NCBI GenBank assembly: GCA_002269645.1
Contig: NIVC01000038.1
Location: 1,426,001 to 1,490,000, forward strand
Source: Macrostomum lignano
Lineage: Eukaryota
Length of the DNA stretch: 64,000 bases
Direction: 5' to 3'
Shown: positions 32,011 to 41,516 of the stretch, piece after piece
How positions within the stretch are numbered: position 1 is the first letter of the stretch
Layout of the letters: each line of letters starts with the position of its first letter
Notes under the pieces: generated by a model
Told to the model about the DNA's origin: nothing
The model's database searches: none
The model's input: only the letters and a program-made list of their open reading frames with translations
Position numbers and translations under genes: made by a program

Positions 32011-33793
32011 CTGACTGTCATTGTCTACATCGACGATCTGCTCAAGCACTTGGAAGGTCTCCAAGGGATTATCGTTTCCGGATTTGCCGACGACCTGGCT
32101 ACTTGGACCACCTGCGAGTCTACCTCGGAGGCCGCTGAGCAGCAGAGGAGGGCAGCGGACACCATTCAGAGGTGGAGTCGTTTGTGGCTCCTGCCCCTGG
32201 CCGGCAGCAAATGCACGCTCTTCAGTTGCAGCCCCAGAGGCCAAACGATGGACAGCAGCGGTATCACCATCAATGATGTTGAGCTAAAGTGGTGCAAGTA
32301 CCCCAAATTCCTCGGTCTCACCTTCGACCCGCAGCTAAAGTTTCACCGGCACGCAGAATCCGTGATAGCCAGCGCCAGGAGGAAGATGAACTTGCTCAGA
32401 CGCGTCGCCGGCACAGACTGGGGCTGGAGTAGCCAACTGCTCAGGCAAACGTATAAGGCAATAATCGAAAGTGGCTTGCTCTACGGCGCCTCGGCGTGGA
32501 CCCCCTGAATCACCAAAGAGACCTGGCGCCAGATGGAGGTCACGCAGAGAATGGCCGCTCGTATCATAACCGGATTGATGGCCACCACACCGACGGATGC
32601 GCTCGAGGCTGAAAGCGGCCTTGTGCCGATTGAGGACCTCTGCCACGCGCGGTGGGCCATCATGTACGACAGGCTTCTCAGGAAAGATAAGGACTCGCTC
32701 AGAGGCAAGCTCTTCCGGAAAGTTCAAGTTAACAGGTGTAAAAGAAAAGGCTGGAGGCATCAGGCTGCGGATATCTTCAATATGAGCGGATTGTCCGACG
32801 CGGTCCTCGAGGATGCCATTGCTGAGGCCCCTTGGGCAGACAGCTGCAAGAACAGGGCCTTCATCTCTGGCTCCAGAGCGTCTACCGACTGCGAAAACAG
32901 GACCAAGGGCCTGGAAGTCATCGAGAAGCTTGGACACCTTGACTGGCTCATTTACTCTGACGGCTCGGTCAAGGACAATAAGCGGGGCCGGCGGCATCGT
33001 GGTCTGCACACCCAGCGTGGACGATGTCGAGGGTGTCCAGCAGATCGTGGACAGAGCCAGAGCTGCGGCGGGGAAGCCATGCTCGTCAACGCAGGCGGAG
33101 CTTAGGGCGGCCTGCCTGGGGCTCGACTGGCTGGACGCGCGGAGGGACTGGACCAGCGCCGCCATCATTTGCGACAGCCAAAGCTGCGTCCGGCTGCTGC
33201 AAGGGACCAGCAGACACCCGACGGCCATTTCGGCCAGATTGTGCATGAGGGCGCTCGAGGCCAGGGGCCAGCACGTGAAGGTTGCATGGACACCGGCGCA
33301 CTGCGGGCTGACCGGTAACGAGCTGGCAGACGAGGAAGCGGGCAGAGCGTGGGCTGAGGCCAGTGCCGAGGAGCAGGAGGCATGCAAGAGACCGTCGACC
33401 ATAAGCAAAGCCTGGATCAACAGACATGTTGCAAAGGACAGGAAAAGAACGCACCCTCGGTCGGTCACGGTCTACAGCACCACAGGACCGGCGAAGCAGC
33501 CAAGGTACAGCATCCGAGAAGAGGCCACCAGCTTCAGGAGGCTCCGCACCGGCCACTCTTTAGAGCTCGCCAGCTATGCGAAGCGCATCGGAAAAAATGA
33601 GGACAGCAGCTGCCAGGACTGCGGATCGCAAGAGGAAAATGTCGAACATCTGATGGACTGCCCGGCGACCTGGAGGAAGAGAGAAGAGATGGACATCAGG
33701 GAGCTGGCGGATCTGAACACCAAGGCCGAGAGGGCGCTTGACTTCTGGCGGTGGATGCGTGGCAGAAAGATCGAGAGGATGTAGTCCATGGGC

Positions 33794-33836
<43 letters not shown>
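32011..33836 (+). mobile_element. 5'-truncated RT-RNase H LINE (family C), frameshifted
   Basis: YIDDLL..GFADDL (RT domains 4-5), KFLGLTFD, YSDGS..QAELRA..WTPAHCGLTGNELAD, RLRTGH..CQDC..ENVEHLMDCP; (CA)n tail. Confidence 0.9.
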
Positions 33837-33838
<2 letters not shown>

Positions 33839-33904
33839 AGCAGCAGCAGCAGCAGCAGCAGCAGCAATATGAATATGTGCTAGCTACCGCACGACCAGGA
33901 GTTG

Positions 33905-34980
33905 CTGGCGCCACCGTGCCTTGCAGCTCATGGCCAGTATGCCGGGATACCTGGACAGCCGGGAACCTCTGCCGGCGCTCCCCCTCTGCCCCTGGCAACG
34001 ACCGCCAGCCACGCGCACGATCCGCTGCAACCTCACCGCGCCCGCTGGCGAGGCCGAGGAGACCGAAGAGCTCTCGACCGAGGTCGCTGCTAAGGAAACA
34101 CTTTGGAGGCGCGCCCCGAAGGCCACCCGCAATTGCGCAGCCGATCTAGTGCTCTACACGGATGGCTCGGCCACTGACGGCTGCGCCCGCGGTGGTGCGG
34201 CCTGCGTGGTCACCAGCGGCGACCCGGCCGACCCCGAGATGGTCACGACGATCTCAGCCACCGGCTCGCCGCACACCTGCAGTTTCGATGAAGAGAGACG
34301 GTCTCTACAGCTCGCTACTAACTGGCTCCGCAACCAGCAATTCACAGGACGGGTCCTCATCTGCACGGACAGCCGCGCCCTCCTCATGGCTCTCCTGAGC
34401 GACAGGCCCCGTTGCTCGCTGCTCGACCTGGACTGCCAAGCTGCCGCCCTGGTGCTTCAATGGGTCCTGGCACACTGCGGCATCCCCGGGAACGAGCTGT
34501 CCGATGAGGCTGCCAAGCAGGCGGCCGCTGCTGATTCCGCCCCGGCACCCATCTCCTACCACAGCGCGTTGGCGACGATCAAGCGGCACTTCGGAGACCC
34601 GCCACTCACGCACGCACGCACCGCCGCGGTTTACAGGGCCCTCAACAGGGACCGCGACCGCGCCGAGCTGCGTAGCCGACAAGACGCGGTGCTATTGACG
34701 AGGCTCCGCTCGGGACACTGCAGTTTTCTCCGCGCCTACTGCAACGTCGTCAACCCCGCCGCCGACCCGACCTGCCCGCGCTACCAAGACGGTCCGGAGG
34801 ACCTGGAGCACTGGCTCAGCTGTCCGGCCCTCCGGCCCACCAGGCTCTCTATTTTCGACGAGGACGAGTTGGGCCTTTCGGTTCTGACCGCCGCCCCTGC
34901 GACGTCAGTGGCGCTTGCGAGGCGCAGCCTCCTCTGACTGGCCTCGGCGCCTGTGCCCCAACAAAACAAAACAAAAAACA
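33905..34980 (+). mobile_element. 5'-truncated RNase H LINE (family B), continuous 338-aa ORF
   Basis: LYTDGS..CSFDEE..ICTDS..WVLAHCGIPGNELSD..RLRSGHC..EDLEHWL; (CAAAA)n tail followed by (GCA)n. Confidence 0.9.
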
Positions 34981-35019
34981 AAGCAGCAGCAGCAACAGCA
35001 AGATCAAACATCAGGTTCT

Positions 35020-35945
35020 CGGCTGCTCGCAGAAAATCTTCCAGCAGCTGCCGGATTCACTGTTGTTGCAAAGAGCGATATGAAAGGACCGCCTTTAAAA
35101 GACGAAGGAGTCGTCAAGCTCGACTCAGATCCGAACAAGTGCATAGAAGGTTTCTTTGCGAAATTGACAAAGCCGCCCGTGAAATCTACAATTGGAACAG
35201 AAGATACAGCTACCAAAAGGTTCATTTGAGTCATGATGATCGCCATGCATTCGAGATTGCTACAGAGTGCCACTACTGCAAGCAGAGCTTCTGAAACTCA
35301 ATAGACAAGCATCTAGACCATGATCATCTTACTGGACTCTTTAAAGGTGCTTCCTGTGCCCGATGCAACATGTCGGCTCAGCTACGGAGGCACTTTCTAC
35401 CAGTGTTTTTGCACAATTTAAAAAATTACGACGCACTTAGTTTTTTCTACCGCTCTTGATCGAATACAGGACTGGAGCATCAATGTCGTGCCACAAACAT
35501 CTGAGAGGTATCTTACGATGCGAGCTGAGTTTCCAGTCGCTGAGATTGTTACGCAGAGTGGCAAGAAAAGGGTACTGAATTTCACCATCCAGTTTGTTGA
35601 TACGTACCAGTTTATACGTACCATTAGAGGAATTACCTTTGTTAATTATCATTGCGCACGTTTGACCGAAGCTACTTCCTCCAACGAAACTTTTGCAGCA
35701 GCAGATTCGAATGTTCCGACCACTGAATCTCTTGTTCCAATTGACATCAACAATTTGTACGTACATGCGCTATCAATGAGACTTCCAGTGGACTCATTTG
35801 AATGGGTGTCTAATGAAGAGCTCGAGCGATGGAATGAAATGACAATTCTTCAGTCGAGAGATGACGACGAATTCGCTTATCTATTGGAGCTGGATCTCGA
35901 ATATCCAGAAATAATTCACGATGAAACCAAAGAGCTGCCTTGCAC
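35020..35945 (+). pseudogene. Polinton/Maverick-type protein-primed DNA polymerase B relic (stops, frameshifts, internal deletions)
   Basis: CHYCKQSF..DHDHLTGLFKGASCARCN..PVFLHNLKNYDA (Endo VII-like Zn finger and exonuclease start); PQTSERY; FVDTYQF; DINNLY..MRLP..FEW..YLLELDLEYP..HD. Confidence 0.85.
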
Positions 35946-36170
35946 CAGAAAAGTCCACTCCAGAATTCGAAGACTTTCCAGACTTTATGAAAGAACTGTG
36001 GTTCACGTTGCATGCTCATCAAACGTATTGTAGTGACTGGCTGCTAACTGGCTATTCAGCAGCATTCATTAGCTTTCCCTAAGAGTGCTGTGATCCGCTG
36101 CACAGTTGCTCAGTCCACCTCATCAAGTGAGAGAGTTACCCTGTGCTGGGCCTAAGTGTTTACTGTCCGA

Positions 36171-36540
36171 TGACTCATCGCCTGAGCAGGCGTGGGCAGC
36201 CACACTCAATGTCTTCCCACTCGCGCTGAGGAGGCGTAGCAGGATGACTCATCACCTGCACGGAGTGTAATGGCTGCCTAGAGGGAGTAAACAGGATGAC
36301 TTGCCTCATCCGCCCAAGTTCTATTTTTAGCACAGAATAAGCGCGTGACTGTGCACACACACACACTGTACGTGGCCACTGACCTTGAGTCACGCCACTG
36401 CTGCATGACAGGGTTGCCTTATTTGGAAGTTGGCCTTGGATCACGCGTCGCTCGCATGATTCTGAGGACCAAATAAGGAAGTTTCACGCGCTCACCACAT
36501 GAAACTCACGTGACTTTTGGGGGTCCGCTCGGCTATAAAT
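36171..36540 (+). promoter_or_regulatory. Pol II promoter with immediate-early/muscle-type motif cluster
   Basis: AP-1 TGACTCA 36171, 36245 and TGAGTCA 36386; MEF2 CTATTTTTAG 36321-30; CArG CCTTATTTGG 36417-26 and CCAAATAAGG 36469-78, each overlapping GGAAGT; TCACGTGA 36506-13; TATAAAT 36534-40. Confidence 0.6.
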
Positions 36541-37450
36541 ACGGAGCATCTGGGAGCTTTTTTCTCCAGATCGCGTCGCAGCGCATCCTGCGTCGTCTCG
36601 CGAAGCTTCATGGCTAACTCTTGAAGCCTCCTCCGAGCTCTTCTCTCTCATTTCAGGTTTTTCAGGTTCGAGCAGCATCTACTAGGAACGATCGACTGTC
36701 GAGACATTTTTCAGATTTGCCTTTGCTTTGGTCACTATGCTTTGTTGAAATCGAACAGCTCGAAGCGTCCACGTCAGGTTCCTACACTAGCGAGCGACGT
36801 TATTTATTATGACATTTGTCAGTTTATTGAAAGTGAACTAAATTTTCTTTGTAAAGAAAAATCTAAACTATGAGTACCTTGATCAAGCTACGTTCTAAAT
36901 ATTTTTACAATGCTTATTTCAGAGTTCGCATACTTATTTTCAATCGGGCAATAAATTAGCCTTTCCATGCCTCAACCATTTTTAATGTTTTTACTGTCAG
37001 TGTTGCTTCACTTTTCCTGGCTTTGAAAAGCTCCTCAAGTCGCTTAACTACATGTAGCCTACTGTTAGATATCTTAGGCTCTCTAAACTAATCCAAAAGT
37101 GTGTGCACTTTTTTCAATTTGCTTAATTTGATAAGAATGTGGCCATTATGGCTATTCACCTTTTGCAGTATCTAGTTGAGTAGCTATACTGTCGCAGTTC
37201 TTGAATTACGTGTTTTTGTTTCTTTTATAAATCTTGCTTTGCATTTTACTCTACTGTGCTGCCCTTTATAAATTATCGGACTAACTTTTCATGTACCTTA
37301 CTTTCCGATACTCATTTTATTTTGACCATGTTTATATTGCTTCTTACATGTACTTTCATTTCTATGTAGTTTTTGTTTTACATAATGGTCTTACTATCGT
37401 AAAGCGTGTCATTTAAAAAAAATAAACCGTGAAACGAACTTCAGTCCTGG

Positions 37451-37899
37451 TGTGACGCGACCCTTCTTGTTCGGTGCTGACGGCTATGCACTTATCAATA
37501 AATGAGTCTACGTAGCAAGAAAGTTTAGAATTTTAACTTCGACTGATTGTATTTAACCGTATTATATTATTTATTTGAAGACAGGAGTTAACTGTTGCTG
37601 TTAAATTATTGGTAGTAAGTACTAAGTATGGCGAATAGGCACAACGCGGCGGACAAACCAACAGCACACACGAGCCCAGCGAGACACGAAACACTAGAGA
37701 ACAAAAATGCGATATAACCCACTTTTAAATAATGCAATACCCGTATTTCTATGAATGATACAGTAAAACAAATTTCATGTATAAATATAGAATAAATTTA
37801 AGATTCGTTTAATAAATAGTAGCTAGAGTAATAATATAATACTAAAAATGCATTAATAACACTAGAATATTTTCAGAAATAAATATCAACATCGTTACA
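37451..37899 (-). repeat. 3' LTR
   Basis: Identical to 45958-46406 except one substitution. Confidence 0.97.
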
Positions 37900-37917
37900 C
37901 TCGCCTCTCCTCAAAAA
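37900..37917 (-). other. Polypurine tract
   Basis: - strand ...GAGGAGAGGCGAG immediately before the 3' LTR. Confidence 0.75.
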
Positions 37918-37989
37918 AGCAATACAGCTACTTACAGTAGTATCGAAGCACATGACCAAAATTTAATGACGATATAAACTTATATATTG

Positions 37990-38300
37990 GCTATCGACGG
38001 AATTTTAATTATAGGCTCAATTGGCCCGGAAAGTTGGCAACAGCAAATCGACACCGTTGGCAAAAATCGACACCATTGGCAAAAATCGAACACATTGGCA
38101 AAAATCGAACACATTGGCAAAAATCGAACACATTGGCAAAAATCGAACACATTGGCAAAATCGAACACATTGGCAAAATCGAACACATTGGCAAAATCGA
38201 ACACATTGGCAAAAATTGAGCACATTGGCAAAAATTGAGCACATTGGCAAAAATCAAACACATTGGCAAAAATCGTACACATTGGCAAAATCGAAGCAAT
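37990..38300. repeat. 19/20-bp minisatellite in the Gypsy 3' UTR (ggcaaaaatcgaacacatt)
   Basis: ~13 copies. Confidence 0.9.
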
Positions 38301-38759
38301 ATTCGAACAACGAACGATCAATAGCTGGTATACCTGTAATAATATTCAATAATCAATATTTTTTTGTATTTTTTAAAAATATTTTAGAACAACTGTCAAA
38401 AGGAAATATAAAATGCAAACGGCCAATAGAGTTAAATACACGGCAGCAACTGTAATTCAACGGTGGCAAATTCAAAAGACCGGCGGCAAATTCGACTGTC
38501 TCGGCAGCGCGGCGACAGCTTCGCCGACACAGACTGCAGCCCAACGGCCACAGTCAGACTGAACTCCTATCTAACTAAGCCATTTCTAGACAAACCTAAC
38601 TAGGATCAAAAAACCCAATCCGAGGATTAAGGGCTATGATCACGGCAATAAACTAGACTAACCTACGATAAATTTAAGATGACATTTGACAATTGAATAA
38701 CGGAACCCTAACCGGCGCACAGAGAACACAGGCACACAGCACACGACACGCCAAAATCC

Positions 38760-41516
38760 CTACTCCCCGCTACCTTTACCAAAAAGATTAGCCAGCAAGG
38801 AACGAAACCTGATGGGCGGTCTAATTGCGCGCCCAGACCTTGTGGTTGTGACAGCTGGCTGTTCTTGAGTGGCTTGCTCGTGCTGTTCTGAAACTTTCTG
38901 TTCTTGTGCTACTGGTGCCTCAGGTTGTGGTTGCTCTGTCGCTTGTGCTTCAGTTCTGACTTTTTCTGGCAAATTTTCTGCAGGTTCCGTGTGTGGCTGC
39001 ACGGTGTGTTCTGTGACTGGCTCAATGGCTTGCTCTGTGATTGGCTCAGTGCTTTGCTCTGTGATTGGCTCAGCAACATGTTCTGTGATTGGCTGAGTGA
39101 TCTGTTCTGTGATTGGCTCTGTTGCCGAATCTGCTACTGTTCCTATGGCTGGCTCCGTGTCTGGTTCAGATACCGACTGAGCACTCTGATGCTGGATGGA
39201 GTGCTGACTCGGAGGAGGAACGGTCTGCTGCTCACCCGGACAGACTGGACCCGGATCGAATCCTGACACCCAATCAGAGCAGTCAGAACTACAGCTCAGC
39301 TGCCTAGAGTCTTCATCACCCTGTCCTAACCTCGAGGAATGAGGCATCCTCGCAACCAATTCTAATCCAAACCTGTCGGCGACATCCTGATAACTAGACT
39401 GGCGAATGCACCTTTTCATACGATCTACATTGTAAATCTTGTGGCTCGGATTCGGAGTTTTAAACTGATTCTCACACGCTAACTCAGGAACTAACCGATA
39501 ATTTCTCTCTGAAATTTTCTGCGCGACCTTGTACGGCCCAAGCCAGACCGAAGGATCGAGGCCCTTGTGGTCGGGGTTTAACACCCACACGAGCTCTCCT
39601 ACCTCAAAACTAGATTTAAACACTGACCGATCGTAGTACCTCTTCTGTCTAGACTGCGCCTTCTTCCTAAAAGCTCTGGCGGTGGCAGAGGCTTCAACTA
39701 GAGTTCGGTGGAGCAGGTGTGCATAACTGGCTGGGTCATAGCGCTCATGCCTAGGTGGGTTGTACATCAAATCTAGCGGCATCTGGAATTCCCGGCCTAA
39801 GAAAAGCTTGGCAGGCGTCATGCCGGTGGAATCGGATTCTAATGACCTAACGCTCATCCCTGCGCATCTCGCGGCAAAAGGCCAGGTCACATGCCTTTCA
39901 GCAGTGACTGCACGGACTTGACTTTTGATGGTTTGAATCGTACGCTCCACTTTGCCATTGGCCTGAGGGCGACGGGCAGTAATTCTAACAGTGTCAATTT
40001 CTAACAAGCGGGTTAACTCGGCTACAATGCTATTGATAAACGCTGTCCCATTGTCCGAGACCAATTGCTCCATTGTGCCGTAGCGAGCAATCCACTCCGT
40101 CAGGATCGCTGCTGCGGTTGTCTCAGCAGTTACGTCTCTCACAGGAATGATTTCTAAGAATCCAGAAAATCTGTCTACCATGACAAGCAGATATCTGAAT
40201 CCATCCTGTTCCGGAAATGGCCCACAATGGTCTACATGGACAACCTGATTCGGATATCCCGCTAGAGTTGGCAGCATCGGTGCTTTATTCTTGCGTTTGT
40301 TTTTCTTAGTTCTGGCGCAAATCTCGCAACTGGCAACGACACTCTTGACAACTGTTTCCAGGTTGAAAATTTGGAAGTTCTTCTTTAAGATACCTAATGT
40401 CTTCTTGACTCCGGAATGGTTGATCAATCTGTGGTAAGAGGTCACTAATTCGTCTATGTTTGCACTCTCCGGAATGACAGTCAGTTTAGCGGCAGGCTTC
40501 CTTTTCTTAGCTGGTCTATTTCTAACTAGTACATTTTCTTCCACCGACAGCTCACCAAACATGGCCCATAAGGCTCTCAGCTCCCGGCTATGGCTTTGAA
40601 GCTCCTGCTTGGACAACCTTTCCTCTCTGCCCGCTACCGCGTTTCTAAGGTACACCACGTCAATATTCGATTCCTGCGCGCTGCGAATCCATTCTCTTTC
40701 TTTCTGCTCAGCTTCTTCCTCATCTTCACTCTCACTATCCGACCCAGAGTCTATGGCGGCTACATCGGATCTACCCGGGTCCTCCACTTGAACAGCATGA
40801 GCCGCAGCTGGGGACCGGGTCTCTGGTTCACTTCCAGCTGTGTCCGTGCCCGCAACAGGAGTTGGGGCGGCTAAGTGCTCGCTGCCGTGGGCTAACTCAT
40901 TAACTTCAGTGAAACGCTCAGTCTGAATAGCTAAATCTACTACCGGCTTGTCCTGCGCTGGGACCGTAAATTGGGACTCAGCTTCCAGGGTCTGACTACC
41001 CGTGGAGGCGAGGGTCTGGGTGCTACTATCGACGCTGATGCGGTTGGCTTTGACTTCACTAGGCTCCGATGGCGCTACATTTTTACCCTTCTGGAACTTG
41101 GCTTTGAAATCTGGGATCAAGCTGCAGGTTGGGCAATCGAAATGGTCTGCTCTGAACTTGGGATTTCGACTGAGGATGTCTGCGTTAACGTGATCTAGAC
41201 CGGCTCTGTGGTTCACTTGGAAATCGTACTCCGCTATCCTTTCTAGGGGCGTCTGGTCGACCTTAAACGTATACGGTTCCAGGGTGACCAACCACTGAGC
41301 TAGCATGCCGGTTGCGTGCTTCTTTGAGTGCAACCACTTTAAAGCAACGGCATCGGTTCGAACTAGGAACTCACGGTCTAGGAGATAGGTTCGAAATTGC
41401 TCTAGCATCAAGACCAACCCTAGAAGCTCCCTCATAGTCGCACAATAATTGCGCTGCGCACTACTAAACTTCTTCGACGCGTAGGCAATCACCTGTTCTT
41501 TACCGTTCCTGTCTAG
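38760..41516 (-). CDS. Gypsy RNase H-integrase portion of Pol (out of frame by +1 with upstream ORF)
   Basis: VLSQLD..VIAYAS..ELLGLV..RTD..NADILSR; H..H..CEIC; VDHCGP..SDNGT..NGKVER; TRSGRAIRPP tail. Confidence 0.92.
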   Translation of the reverse strand, partial: LDRNGKEQVIAYASKKFSSAQRNYCATMRELLGLVLMLEQFRTYLLDREFLVRTDAVALKWLHSKKHATGMLAQWLVTLEPYTFKVDQTPLERIAEYDFQVNHRAGLDHVNADILSRNPKFRADHFDCPTCSLIPDFKAKFQKGKNVAPSEPSEVKANRISVDSSTQTLASTGSQTLEAESQFTVPAQDKPVVDLAIQTERFTEVNELAHGSEHLAAPTPVAGTDTAGSEPETRSPAAAHAVQVEDPGRSDVAAIDSGSDSESEDEEEAEQKEREWIRSAQESNIDVVYLRNAVAGREERLSKQELQSHSRELRALWAMFGELSVEENVLVRNRPAKKRKPAAKLTVIPESANIDELVTSYHRLINHSGVKKTLGILKKNFQIFNLETVVKSVVASCEICARTKKNKRKNKAPMLPTLAGYPNQVVHVDHCGPFPEQDGFRYLLVMVDRFSGFLEIIPVRDVTAETTAAAILTEWIARYGTMEQLVSDNGTAFINSIVAELTRLLEIDTVRITARRPQANGKVERTIQTIKSQVRAVTAERHVTWPFAARCAGMSVRSLESDSTGMTPAKLFLGREFQMPLDLMYNPPRHERYDPASYAHLLHRTLVEASATARAFRKKAQSRQKRYYDRSVFKSSFEVGELVWVLNPDHKGLDPSVWLGPYKVAQKISERNYRLVPELACENQFKTPNPSHKIYNVDRMKRCIRQSSYQDVADRFGLELVARMPHSSRLGQGDEDSRQLSCSSDCSDWVSGFDPGPVCPGEQQTVPPPSQHSIQHQSAQSVSEPDTEPAIGTVADSATEPITEQITQPITEHVAEPITEQSTEPITEQAIEPVTEHTVQPHTEPAENLPEKVRTEAQATEQPQPEAPVAQEQKVSEQHEQATQEQPAVTTTRSGRAIRPPIRFRSLLANLFGKGSGE

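Noticed and set aside
36560-37450. miR-1/miR-133-type host transcript downstream of the SRF/MEF2 promoter
   Set aside because: No match to those mature sequences and no convincing pre-miRNA hairpin by eye.
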